From Candidatus Thalassarchaeaceae archaeon (GTDB lineage: Archaea; Thermoplasmatota; Poseidoniia; Poseidoniales; Thalassarchaeaceae): a DNA stretch of 64,000 nucleotides. The position numbers were made by a program, and so were the translations under genes. The notes under the pieces are model-generated. The model saw only the letters and a program-made list of their open reading frames with translations. It did no database searches and had not been told where the DNA came from. The stretch covers positions 6,463 through 70,462 of the forward strand of contig JAJPRE010000003.1 in assembly GCA_023700245.1 (NCBI GenBank), in the 5' to 3' direction. Positions 29,786-39,403 of the stretch are shown here, one piece after another (the stretch's first letter is position 1; each line of letters opens with the position of its first letter).

Positions 29786-32206
29786 TTGGACGACTCTAAA
29801 AGATTATCATTGGATACAGAAACTTGGAGTAATCAAGAATTATATGAAGTAATTTCTTCAAGATACTTTATTCTTGGCAACGAGTCATCTAAAATGGGGT
29901 CATGGGAAGTTAAAGGAGCAAATGGCCGTAATTCTAGTGAAGCTTTATTATTACTCAATAATCATCTTAAATCCTTGGGCATGATTGGGACTCTAAGTGA
30001 ACACCCAATTCCAATTCTTACTATTAGGGCCCTACCTCCTTCTGGTGATGCTCTCAAGAAATGGCAGCAATTATGTATTTGGTCATTAATGTCTCTATTT
30101 TTAACTATTGTCGGTTCAGAATGGTTGGGAAGATATGATCCTAATAAAAATATTTTAAGTATGGATACAATGCAAGAATCTCTAATTTATTTCACATTTC
30201 CAGTAATCTTTTCACTTCTATTTGCTAGCGCATTAAGGTCATTTATTGCTAGTAAAAGTAATTTAAAAACAGGACTTATGATACCAATAATATTTCCAAT
30301 ATTATATCCAGTATGGCCTTTTGGATTAGCTGGACTGATATCTCAAAAAAGAATAGATTTTCTACCATTTCCTAATAGGAAAAGGCTAGCCATAATAGAA
30401 TCTATAGTTCCAGTTATGATTATTTTTATGGGTTTAATATTTACTATGATTGGTCTAATGTTGACTTCGAATGAACCTCCAGAAATTACCAAATCCCCCA
30501 TAATTTTTTCATCAAGTATTTTATCTCAATTTATTTCATCAATTTTCATCGGAGATATGGTAGAACTAAGGCTTCAATGGCTACATCCTATTGGAATATC
30601 CGGTATCGGTTTATCTATGATTGGATGGATACTACTATTGCCCATTCCTGGATTCCCCGGAGATAGAATTGTTTATTCCTTATTAGGTCAATCAAAGATG
30701 GAATCTGGCAGTCAACAAACAACACTATTCTTAGTCTCATTGATATTTATGATAATTATTTTTGCTTCTGTTGATTACCTCCCTTGGCTTTTCTTATCTG
30801 CGTTTGCCGCATGGCAACGTTTTAGTCCCGAAAATGTAGTTGGTCCATTTGTTGTCGATCATAATGACGTCCTTAGTCAAGATTTTAAATCAAAATCTAC
30901 TATTGCATTTGTATTAATTTTAATTTTAGGTTTCCCAGGTATTACTCCACTTTCAAATTTAGAAAGTTATGATTCAGGACTTTCTACTGAAAATTGGGAT
31001 GAAGATATATATTTTATAAATTATGAAAACATAACTATCAACATACCTCTTGAACCTGAAGGCATATTGCCAGTCTCTGGTTTTTTACAATTTAGTTTAG
31101 AAGGTAGTAACTCAGATTTGTGGGAAATTACTTCTGATTGTACTAGTGGTGATGAAATTTGTATATTTAATAATATTACTCAAAATACGGAAAAATATGT
31201 ACAGATTTTCCTTACAATGCCAGAAATAATTATAGAAGAAAAAATCTATTTAAAAATCGTAATTGATGTAATAGATAATGAAAAAGAGCACCTCATCGAG
31301 ATATCAAATAAAAATTATTCCGGTCCGACACAAGTTTTTTGGGAATTAGTAGAAGATTCCGATACCCCACTTATCTGTACTAAAATAAATATACTTACAG
31401 GCGACTTTGGAAATTTATCAACTAATAACTCATATTGGAAATTTACCAACTCCACGATTCCTGATGAAGGAATCAATGATTTGTGTCTTCGGGGATATGA
31501 AGGTGCAATATTGTCTTCAAATCGTGTAGATCAACAATTTCGTAAATATGGGCCATCCATAGAATTCATAATGGCCAATAATTCAACATTAAATTGGGAT
31601 ATGCCTATTGAAAATTCCAATCCTAAAATTATGATATCAGGTACCGAGTGGCAAATTCCTGAGTGGTTCAATTCAAATGATTCCGAATATTCAATTATGT
31701 ATGTACCGAATAATCCTTCATTTTGTAAATCTATGGATTCAATAAATGAAGTTGGTTCTAATTGGTCTTGGTTAATTGAGGCATATTCACCTATCAAATT
31801 TAAACAGGGTGGTGTCATAAATGGTACTCTGATAATGCCTTCTTCAGGTTGGTTAATATTATGTGATGGTCCAGAAATCATATCAAAATATACATTATCA
31901 GAAGGATTAGATATAATTGTCGAAAATAGTTCTATTGGAGAAAAAATAGTTAATTCCAATTTTACCATCTCCAATAGAGAATCTAAAAATATGTCAATAT
32001 CAATTGAGTGGCATGGGGACTCAATTAATACTGAAATATGGGATGTGGATATTCCTTCGCAGGTTAATTCAAATGATAGCGTCCAAATATCTATTAATGA
32101 AAAAAGTAATGACATACTTCACAGGGCGGTTTGGGTAAAAGTTGATGATAATGGGATAACTATTCATCTTGCTGCCAGGTGCCCATTACAAGGGTGTTCA
32201 ACTTGA
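29786..32206 (+). CDS. Large polytopic membrane protein with an M50 (site-2 protease)-like remnant and a sequon-rich extracellular C-terminal domain
   Basis: TTG start. About 10 hydrophobic helices span residues ~95-390. LLLPIPGFPGDRIVYSLLG resembles the NxxPxxxLDG helix of M50 peptidases, but I found no HExxH. The C-terminal ~400 aa carry many N-x-S/T sequons. Confidence 0.55.
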   Translation: MDDSKRLSLDTETWSNQELYEVISSRYFILGNESSKMGSWEVKGANGRNSSEALLLLNNHLKSLGMIGTLSEHPIPILTIRALPPSGDALKKWQQLCIWSLMSLFLTIVGSEWLGRYDPNKNILSMDTMQESLIYFTFPVIFSLLFASALRSFIASKSNLKTGLMIPIIFPILYPVWPFGLAGLISQKRIDFLPFPNRKRLAIIESIVPVMIIFMGLIFTMIGLMLTSNEPPEITKSPIIFSSSILSQFISSIFIGDMVELRLQWLHPIGISGIGLSMIGWILLLPIPGFPGDRIVYSLLGQSKMESGSQQTTLFLVSLIFMIIIFASVDYLPWLFLSAFAAWQRFSPENVVGPFVVDHNDVLSQDFKSKSTIAFVLILILGFPGITPLSNLESYDSGLSTENWDEDIYFINYENITINIPLEPEGILPVSGFLQFSLEGSNSDLWEITSDCTSGDEICIFNNITQNTEKYVQIFLTMPEIIIEEKIYLKIVIDVIDNEKEHLIEISNKNYSGPTQVFWELVEDSDTPLICTKINILTGDFGNLSTNNSYWKFTNSTIPDEGINDLCLRGYEGAILSSNRVDQQFRKYGPSIEFIMANNSTLNWDMPIENSNPKIMISGTEWQIPEWFNSNDSEYSIMYVPNNPSFCKSMDSINEVGSNWSWLIEAYSPIKFKQGGVINGTLIMPSSGWLILCDGPEIISKYTLSEGLDIIVENSSIGEKIVNSNFTISNRESKNMSISIEWHGDSINTEIWDVDIPSQVNSNDSVQISINEKSNDILHRAVWVKVDDNGITIHLAARCPLQGCST

Positions 32207-33153
32207 GAATTGCAATATTGGGACTAGGTTCAATTGGCGGATTATTTCTTTCCGCATTGGTGGATTCCGATGCTGATTTGGTAGTAGGGACCCGTGGCAT
32301 CAAATTAAAACAAATTCTGGAGGAAGGAATTGTCATACATTCACCAGAAGGTGCCATGGAAAATATACCTTCTAATTATTTTGAATTAATTGATACTGAA
32401 AATACATCGATTCCTAAGGAATTAATACATTCTTGTGATATTGTGCTGATATGCGGTAAGTCAAACTCAATTCCAGTTTTGTCTGAATTAGCATCGAAAT
32501 TACTTTCAGATGATGGATTCGTTATGGGTATACAAAATGGACTCAGCCATTTAGATTACCTATCTGGCAAATTCAGTCAAAAAAATATTCTTGGATCTAC
32601 TGTGACTCATGGCGCTTGGCATAATAAAAATACATTTTATTGGGAAGGAAGAGGTATTATCAAAATAGGCAACTTGGATGACTCTGAACCATCAGAATTG
32701 GCTTTAAATTTTATAAATTTATTAAATGAATCGCATCTATCTCCTATTTGGAGTAATGATATCAGAAAAGAATTGTGGATTAAATTATTAATTAACATAG
32801 GAATAAATCCTATATGTGCAATAACAGGTTTAAAAAATGGAGCCATAAAATCAACATCAAATATGTGGGAGCAGGCTATGTCATGTATGGCTGAAGCATC
32901 TCACATTGCGGTTGCATCAGGTATTGATATGTCCGGTATTGATATTGAAAACTTGTTAATGGATGTAGTTTTATCAACTACTAATAATAGATGTTCTATG
33001 CTACAGGATATAATGGCTAATAGATTAACTGAAATAGATTCATTGTGTGGCGAAATAATAACTCGAGGGGAATCTCTGGGAATGCCAACTCCATTAAATT
33101 CAATGCTTTTAACCTTGATAAAAGGGATAGAAAACTCATCTATTGTTGAATAA
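32179..33153 (+). CDS. panE: 2-dehydropantoate 2-reductase (ketopantoate reductase)
   Basis: LRIAILGLGSIGG is the Rossmann segment. WIKLLINIGINPICAITG and NNRCSMLQDI..NRLTEID are typical ApbA/PanE motifs. The true start may be the TTG at 32203, which forms a TTGA overlap with the upstream stop codon. Confidence 0.82.
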   Translation: MPITRVFNLRIAILGLGSIGGLFLSALVDSDADLVVGTRGIKLKQILEEGIVIHSPEGAMENIPSNYFELIDTENTSIPKELIHSCDIVLICGKSNSIPVLSELASKLLSDDGFVMGIQNGLSHLDYLSGKFSQKNILGSTVTHGAWHNKNTFYWEGRGIIKIGNLDDSEPSELALNFINLLNESHLSPIWSNDIRKELWIKLLINIGINPICAITGLKNGAIKSTSNMWEQAMSCMAEASHIAVASGIDMSGIDIENLLMDVVLSTTNNRCSMLQDIMANRLTEIDSLCGEIITRGESLGMPTPLNSMLLTLIKGIENSSIVE

Positions 33154-33158
33154 AAAAA

Positions 33159-34052
33159 TTATCTTTGACATTTAGGGCAATAAAATGTCGATCTTTTCGA
33201 TTGAATAATTCTTTTTATTATCCCTTTACAATTTTTATTTAGACATTTTTCCCCCTCTCTGCCATATGCCATGAATGAATTTGGAAAGTAACCCAATGCA
33301 TCATCGCCATCTACTCCTCTAAAATCCTGAAGTGTCGAACCTCCTGCATCAATAGCTTCTACAATGACGGCATGCGTCTCAAAGACTATTCTTTCAATCA
33401 TCTTAGTAACTCCAATTTTTCCAGAAACATCATCTGCTATCCTTTTCGGTGAAACTTTGGCCCTGTTTAGGATTTCACATACATATATATTTCCAAGTCC
33501 TGCGACAATTTTTTGATTTAATAAAGCACTCTTTATATTCATTTTCCTCCCTCTTAACCTATCTGTTAGTTTCTCAGGAGTAAGTGATTCAGGAGTAGGT
33601 TCAGGACCTATATCTTTCAATAATTTATGAAAACTCTCATCTTTTGTATTTACTACATCCATTATCCCAAATCTTCTATGATCCGAGTAGACCCCCTTTC
33701 CTCCATCGTCCATATGGATGACTACCCAATCATGAGGGCCATTTCCACTTCCTAGTTCTGCACCATATGCAAATCTTCCTGGCATTCCGATTTTACCTTC
33801 GCCAAGCAATGTCCATCTGCCACTCATCCCAAGATGACAAATCCAAGTAATATGATTTTCTAACCTAATTAAGAGATATTTAGCACGCCTACCTATATTT
33901 ATTACTTTATTTCCTTCTATTTTAGCTTTAAAATCTTCAGGAAATGGAAATCTTAAATCCTTTCTTCTCAATTCAACACTTATGATGGTCCTATCAATTA
34001 AATGTTTAGCAAGTCCTTTTCGAACCGTCTCAACTTCCGGTAATTCAGGCAT
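33159..34052 (-). CDS. mutM: Formamidopyrimidine-DNA glycosylase / endonuclease VIII family (Fpg/Nei)
   Basis: MPELPEVETVRKGL provides the catalytic N-terminal Pro and Glu. The H2TH region is LLNQKIVAGLGNIYVCEIL, and the C-terminal zinc finger is C..C....R.TFYCPKCQ. The start is set at this Met. Confidence 0.88.
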   Translation of the reverse strand: MPELPEVETVRKGLAKHLIDRTIISVELRRKDLRFPFPEDFKAKIEGNKVINIGRRAKYLLIRLENHITWICHLGMSGRWTLLGEGKIGMPGRFAYGAELGSGNGPHDWVVIHMDDGGKGVYSDHRRFGIMDVVNTKDESFHKLLKDIGPEPTPESLTPEKLTDRLRGRKMNIKSALLNQKIVAGLGNIYVCEILNRAKVSPKRIADDVSGKIGVTKMIERIVFETHAVIVEAIDAGGSTLQDFRGVDGDDALGYFPNSFMAYGREGEKCLNKNCKGIIKRIIQSKRSTFYCPKCQR

Positions 34053-34121
34053 ATTAATGCGTACCAATCATTGCCATTGATATTTTCTACTTTAGCAAGT
34101 TTTTTTTAATGTAATTTACTA

Positions 34122-34823
34122 CTATCTCAACTTACAATTGAATAATATGTGTTGTTCTTCTAAGCCTTTTAAATCAATTATTTCAATAATTTCTAGTCTA
34201 GAACTTTCAATAATCGTTTTTGCATTTTGAAATCTAATTTTCATATCTCCTTCAGAATTCCTTTCACTGGCTCCTTTTAGACTGAGAAGTGCCACGCCAT
34301 CTCTCTTCAGGAATGCTTCTGAAACTTTAATAAAAGTCTTAGCCTGATCTGCAATACTTAAATCTTGATGTAACCAATCTACTTTTTTTTGTATAAAAGG
34401 AGATAACTCAGATATATTTCTGGCATCTGCAAGTATCGGAAATATGCCAGGCCTTTTATCACATAATTGAACCAAATCTCTCATCATCCTTGGAGAGATA
34501 TCTACTGCAAATATTTTTCCTCTATGGTGATTTCCTGAACCACAAACACAATCATGTATGTGGCTCACAGTCCCTCCTACAGAAGCGCCAAGATACAAGC
34601 AAGTTTGTCCAACTTCCGGCAACAGGTCCCTAGGGTCTTTTTTTGTTCTTAATAGGGATGCAGAAATTTTTGATTTTGTTGTGTTCCAGTGCCTCCACTC
34701 ATTACGCCCATCTCTTTTCCTCTTTTCCTTTCTAACTGAAACTCCTTTTACTGCATTCCTAGTCCAGAAATTTCGACCTTCTCTCCTAATTCCCCAGCCC
34801 AAAGACAATGATTTCCTTCTCAT
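34122..34823 (-). CDS. flpA: Fibrillarin-like rRNA/tRNA 2'-O-methyltransferase
   Basis: WRHWNTTKSKISASLL and LYLGASVGGTVSHIHD are fibrillarin motifs. It lies directly downstream of nop5, the classic archaeal pairing. Confidence 0.88.
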   Translation of the reverse strand: MRRKSLSLGWGIRREGRNFWTRNAVKGVSVRKEKRKRDGRNEWRHWNTTKSKISASLLRTKKDPRDLLPEVGQTCLYLGASVGGTVSHIHDCVCGSGNHHRGKIFAVDISPRMMRDLVQLCDKRPGIFPILADARNISELSPFIQKKVDWLHQDLSIADQAKTFIKVSEAFLKRDGVALLSLKGASERNSEGDMKIRFQNAKTIIESSRLEIIEIIDLKGLEEQHILFNCKLR

Positions 34824-34824
34824 T

Positions 34825-35832
34825 TCATCGTGTCCTTTTCGGAGGCTTAGGAAATTTTTCTATGATTTTAGCAACTTCTTCAAAAATTTCACTGACTTCA
34901 TTTTTACTCCAAGATTTACCATCAAAATGATCTATTCTTGATGCAATACTTGCTTTTCCTGCAATATATCTTGCAATTTTACCTCGAACCCATCTTGGCG
35001 ATTTACTTATTTGAGGCATGGAAAATAATATTGAACCATGTTTTGGAGGTGGCGCACCATTTCTATGTGCAGCCATAGCAGCATGGGCACCTAAGACTTG
35101 CAAAGACCCAGAAGGCATTCTAGCCAACCTTTCTCTACTTCCAGCAAGAACTACTAATTTAGCAGCCCCTAAAGGGCCCAATAATGCAGACAGCGAGGGA
35201 ATGTAATCAAGAGCAAAAATCCTTATTGTTTCTTCATGTTCATCCATTCGAATTACTAAATCAACTACGGATTTACAATGATGCTGCATAGACACCCATT
35301 CTTTAGTTGTTGGGAGATGGAGGGGAGGGACAGTCTCTAAGAAATTTGCAACTTCAATAATGGATTCATTAGAAACTACTGCTTCAATGATTTCCCTCCG
35401 TCTATTTTCTAAATTGAGCTCAGTAAGGAATAATCCAATCCACTCAATACAACGCGATTCACTAGTTGTCCATGCAGATCTAATTTCATTAGCCGAGGAA
35501 ACCAACATATCCAATCTTCTATCCATATTTCCAGATGACTCGGCCACTCCAAGTTTTGCCATCCTAATTACTGCCATCTCAAATATTTCCCTATCTTCTT
35601 GAGTATAATCTGGCCAGTCAATATCTTCCAAATGCCCTTCTGGAGATATTTTCACATCATCGAATCTTTCAAAAAGAATTTTAGCTTCATTGGTAAATCG
35701 TCCCTTTTGCATACTTAATAGTCTCTTTGCAACTGATGTTATTCCTCTACGCGAGGTCCAATATATTTCATCAAGTATGACATTTTCATCATCTATTATT
35801 CGGGCTAGCCTCCAGTCGTATTGAAGTCGCAC
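34825..35832 (-). CDS. nop5: Nop56/58 (Nop5) C/D box sRNP core protein
   Basis: The NOSIC/Nop domain is seen in LAGSRERLARMPSGSLQVLGAHAAMAAHRNGAPPPKHGSILFSMPQI and ARYIAGKASIASRID. GTG start. Confidence 0.88.
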   Translation of the reverse strand: MRLQYDWRLARIIDDENVILDEIYWTSRRGITSVAKRLLSMQKGRFTNEAKILFERFDDVKISPEGHLEDIDWPDYTQEDREIFEMAVIRMAKLGVAESSGNMDRRLDMLVSSANEIRSAWTTSESRCIEWIGLFLTELNLENRRREIIEAVVSNESIIEVANFLETVPPLHLPTTKEWVSMQHHCKSVVDLVIRMDEHEETIRIFALDYIPSLSALLGPLGAAKLVVLAGSRERLARMPSGSLQVLGAHAAMAAHRNGAPPPKHGSILFSMPQISKSPRWVRGKIARYIAGKASIASRIDHFDGKSWSKNEVSEIFEEVAKIIEKFPKPPKRTR

Positions 35833-35838
35833 ATATAT

Positions 35839-35905
35839 CCGAGGAGTTATTTGGCTTGAACGGTGCGGATTATAAGGTATTAATAGAAGTAATGAATAAC
35901 TACAC
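35839..35905 (+). promoter_or_regulatory. Candidate (unverified) fluoride-riboswitch-like leader upstream of crcB
   Basis: CCGA-GGAGUUAU-UUGG ... GAAC ... UAAUGAAUAACUAC resembles the crcB-motif layout: a stem with a GGAGUU-containing loop, an AAC linker, then UAAUGA..CUAC. The loop AGUUAU is complementary to the downstream AUAACU, giving pseudoknot potential. I could not fold the middle stem convincingly. Confidence 0.25.
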
Positions 35906-35919
35906 TCTTATGGCTAATC

Positions 35920-36294
35920 ATGGATTTGAGACTAATTGTAATAGTGGCGTTCGGAGGGGCCATCGGCGCTGTTCTCAGATATGCTTTACCCTCATTAATT
36001 TCTAATCAAAATTCAATTTTTATAACACTAGGAATAAATCTATTAGGATCTTTACTATTAGGAATATTATTCGGATTGTTAGCAACTGGTAGTAATATTA
36101 GTGAAGAATTAGTATTACTAATAGGTACTGGATTCATTGGAGCATTTACTACGATGTCGGCATTTGCATTTGAAGCCATGGAAACATCTCAGAATAATGC
36201 TATTCATGGTCTATCCTATATCTTATCAACAGTTTTTGGAAGTATATTTTTAGCTTGGTTAGGCTATTCAGTAATTTTACATTATAGTTCTTAA
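35920..36294 (+). CDS. crcB: Fluoride ion channel CrcB/FluC
   Basis: 124 aa with four TM helices. GGAIGAVLRY and GFIGAFTTMSAF are the CrcB signature segments. Confidence 0.9.
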   Translation: MDLRLIVIVAFGGAIGAVLRYALPSLISNQNSIFITLGINLLGSLLLGILFGLLATGSNISEELVLLIGTGFIGAFTTMSAFAFEAMETSQNNAIHGLSYILSTVFGSIFLAWLGYSVILHYSS

Positions 36295-36385
36295 TGACTT
36301 CATTTATATCTTTTAATAGAATCATTGAATAATCAATCCATTGACGGATGTATGCTTATAGTAATAGAGAGGAGTTGTAACTAAA

Positions 36386-36766
36386 TTGTTTTGTCCAATA
36401 TGTGGAGCCTTATCTTTCCCCGATTCAAAGAATAATATCAAATGTCCAGATTATAAATGTGGATATGAAGGGCCCTTAGCGGGTCCCGATGGCAAGGGTG
36501 GAAAATTCATCGACCCAATGTCTGGGGAAGAAATTGATTTAACTAATGCAACTGCTAAAAATGCTACCAAATCTCTCAAACACCTTACAGAAGTAGTAGA
36601 AGAAGAAGTTGCAAGGGGTACTTTAAGGGTGGGTGACTACATATGTCCCAATTGTGAAGAAAATAGGGTTTATGTTTGGATGCAACAAACAAGGTCTTCC
36701 GATGAGCCTGAAACCAAAATGTGTACATGTGAAAGTTGTAATAAAAAATGGCGAGAATATCAGTGA
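36386..36766 (+). CDS. tfs: Transcription factor S (TFS / RpoM-like)
   Basis: TTG start giving M-FCPICG. The N-terminal zinc ribbon is CPICG...CPDYKCG. The C-terminal ribbon is CPNCE...QTRSSDEPET..C.C..C...W, with the acidic hairpin motif. Confidence 0.85.
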   Translation: MFCPICGALSFPDSKNNIKCPDYKCGYEGPLAGPDGKGGKFIDPMSGEEIDLTNATAKNATKSLKHLTEVVEEEVARGTLRVGDYICPNCEENRVYVWMQQTRSSDEPETKMCTCESCNKKWREYQ

Positions 36767-36831
36767 TTTTTCTCTTCTAACTTCACGAACTATCAATAAC
36801 CTCTAACTAAGGGCTACAAAAAGGTGTGTGT

Positions 36832-37581
36832 ATGCTAAGGGTAACTGCTAAACAACAATTAATGCGTGAAATTGTAGAATTACTATCGGTCCTCACTGAA
36901 GAGGCAAAATTAGTGTGGGGCGAAAAAGGACTCCATGTAACTGTTGTTGATGGTTCTCATGTTGCACTTTTATCTGCTACTATTGCTGATGAATGCTTTG
37001 AGACATATGAAGTCGAGCAAGTTGAAATTGGCTTAGAATTAGGTAAAATGCGAGATTTACTCACATTAGCAGGGCCAAATGATTTAGTTGAACTTGATTA
37101 TGATGAATCATTTGGTGCAATAAATGTAAGAGTCGGAGAAGTCCACAGGATACTAAGGGGAGTTGACCCTGCAACTATGAATAATCCTAATATACCAAGT
37201 TTAGATTTCAAATCTAAAGCAACCATAGGGTCTGATAGATTATCTCGTTCACTTAGGGCTGCGAAATTCGTAGGAGAAATTGTTGACTTAAGTCTCGACC
37301 AGACTCATATGACTGTATCAATTACAGTTGAAGCCGGAGAAGGAGTAAATGTAAGATTTGAATCTGGAGAACTTAGTGAATTGGTATGCGCGGCACCAAC
37401 TCAATCTTCATACTCATTACAATTTCTAGATCCTTTAACTAGAAAATTAGCAAGTGGATTGACAGAAAATGTAACATTGGAATTTCAAGAAAAGTATCCT
37501 TTGAGGCTGACTTGGAATAGTAATCAAGGTGGGGCAAGCTGGACGTATTTCTTGGCTCCAAGAGTCACTAATGACCCGTGA
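36832..37581 (+). CDS. pcn: DNA polymerase sliding clamp (PCNA)
   Basis: About 250 aa with a two-domain repeat pattern (GLHVTVVDGSHVALL.., LELGKMRDLL, YSLQFLDPLTR, PLRL). AGGTG lies 6 nt upstream of ATG 36832. Confidence 0.85.
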   Translation: MLRVTAKQQLMREIVELLSVLTEEAKLVWGEKGLHVTVVDGSHVALLSATIADECFETYEVEQVEIGLELGKMRDLLTLAGPNDLVELDYDESFGAINVRVGEVHRILRGVDPATMNNPNIPSLDFKSKATIGSDRLSRSLRAAKFVGEIVDLSLDQTHMTVSITVEAGEGVNVRFESGELSELVCAAPTQSSYSLQFLDPLTRKLASGLTENVTLEFQEKYPLRLTWNSNQGGASWTYFLAPRVTNDP

Positions 37582-38698
37582 ACTCTTGAATGAACAGCTC
37601 CCGGCTACTTATATGGCTCTTACGACATGTGTAATTGTTCCTACTATAAATAACCCCAAAGAGCTTAGTATAGCATTAGACGGACTATTAATGCAAAATA
37701 AAAAAATTGATGATATAGTAGTCGTGGGGCCAAAAGAAGATCCAGGACGTCTTATTACAGAATCTAAAAATTTACGATTTATTGATGATAAAGGTTCAAG
37801 AAACAGGGCCGATGCATGTAATGTAGCTATCCAAGAAACTAATTCTGATATTATTTTATTTACCGATGATGACGTAATAGTTCCTAAAAACTGGTCTGAA
37901 TCAATTATTAAATGGTATTCAATGGATTCAGTAGCGGGCGTAGGGGGGCCAAATTTTGCACCAGTGAATGAATCTACATTCTGGCAGAAAGTAATCGATG
38001 TGACATTTTGTAGTACTATTTTCACTTCTGGAACTAATTATGGTAACTTAGGCCAAAATGAATTAGAAGAAACTAATCAATTACCTGGAGTTAATAGTAG
38101 TTACCGTAGATCTGTTATTGAAGAGGCTGGAGGATTCGATAAAGGAGCAATAGGCGCAGAAGATGTAATGCTAGATCATCGAATAAGGATGAATGATAAT
38201 AAATTATGGACAGATAAAGAAGCCATAATTTGGCACCGCAGGAGAAATATCTCACGCGTCAAAAAACAAATTCGAAATTATGGATTAGTTAGATCATTAG
38301 CTAGTCATAAATATCCTGAATTACGATCCCCCATTCATATTTTAGTAGCATTATTCCCTCTTATTGTAATTGGTTCATTTTTACTTTTCTTTTGGGGTAT
38401 TAATAATGGGGGTGTGGCATGGCCAGACTTTTGGAATATATCATTATCAAAGATACCAATGAGTTTTCCTCGTTTAAGTGCTCATTTACTTCCAACTTTA
38501 ATTTTATGTTATGTCACTCTTGCTTGGTATGGATCATGGAAAGGGCATTCCCCTTCTAAATCAAAACTTACTATTTTCTTTTCGCCGATAGTTGCATATA
38601 TTTTACATTGGAATTATGGCATAGGAATATTGAATGGATGGCTAAGGATTTTACGAGGAAATCCTGGATTACAGGTCGATGACAGAATTCGCCAATGA
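37571..38698 (+). CDS. Family 2 glycosyltransferase with a C-terminal membrane domain
   Basis: CVIVPTINNP, ILFTDDDVIVP (DxD) and GAEDVML fit GT2, and hydrophobic helices lie at the C-terminus. The start is uncertain: 37571 overlaps the pcn stop, or it may be 37613. Confidence 0.75.
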   Translation: MTRELLNEQLPATYMALTTCVIVPTINNPKELSIALDGLLMQNKKIDDIVVVGPKEDPGRLITESKNLRFIDDKGSRNRADACNVAIQETNSDIILFTDDDVIVPKNWSESIIKWYSMDSVAGVGGPNFAPVNESTFWQKVIDVTFCSTIFTSGTNYGNLGQNELEETNQLPGVNSSYRRSVIEEAGGFDKGAIGAEDVMLDHRIRMNDNKLWTDKEAIIWHRRRNISRVKKQIRNYGLVRSLASHKYPELRSPIHILVALFPLIVIGSFLLFFWGINNGGVAWPDFWNISLSKIPMSFPRLSAHLLPTLILCYVTLAWYGSWKGHSPSKSKLTIFFSPIVAYILHWNYGIGILNGWLRILRGNPGLQVDDRIRQ

Positions 38699-38707
38699 GT
38701 GTTTTAT

Positions 38708-39388
38708 CTATTTTTCAATATTTTGAAATATCTTTGTTGGTGGTCTCCAGAAAATAATAGTAAAAAAACCAATAAACAACCCCCCAAATACTAGATTTAG
38801 CCAACCCTCAAGTATGTAATTTTTACTCGCATTAAAATAGGCCCACATAAATGAGGGAATAATTCCTATAAAAAAACAAATAATTAATTCCTCTAATATC
38901 AATCTACGTCTGTTTGAGGATTTAGGCAATCGAGAATTATTATCATTGAATTCATGTTTTCCTCTCCGTACAATTCTGACAAAGTTTACTTCTTGATCTT
39001 TATCTAAATATATTATCTCTGGTACTCCTGAATTCCACTTACGCCCAATTTTCATTATCCAATTATTATCTATAAAAGTACGCCCATCACAATACTTTTC
39101 CCAATATGAATTCCTTACTTTATCTCCTAATTCTTCGATTTCATAATCTCCAATAAGCATTTTTTGCTTTAATGCTAATTCCCATTCAGTTTCTGATGCT
39201 ATTTGATATTCAGAAGATGAAAGTAACTTATGAGCTACTTCCTTCTTTACGGGGGTGGACGAAATTTCAAAATTATATACTATTTTATTTTCATGCCTTG
39301 GCCCAATATCTCCAAACAATATTGTTCTATTATTGGAACCTATATATACTTCTCCTGGATTTATTTTAGCCCAAATAATCTCCATCAA
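38708..39388 (-). CDS. Hypothetical C-terminally membrane-anchored protein, possibly with a degenerate SUMF1/FGE-like fold
   Basis: 226 aa. ASETEWELALKQ faintly recalls the LPTEAEWEYAAR motif of FGE-sulfatase domains. Two C-terminal TM helices are present. Confidence 0.4.
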   Translation of the reverse strand: MMEIIWAKINPGEVYIGSNNRTILFGDIGPRHENKIVYNFEISSTPVKKEVAHKLLSSSEYQIASETEWELALKQKMLIGDYEIEELGDKVRNSYWEKYCDGRTFIDNNWIMKIGRKWNSGVPEIIYLDKDQEVNFVRIVRRGKHEFNDNNSRLPKSSNRRRLILEELIICFFIGIIPSFMWAYFNASKNYILEGWLNLVFGGLFIGFFTIIFWRPPTKIFQNIEK

Positions 39389-39403
39389 TCAACCCTCTAT
39401 ATA

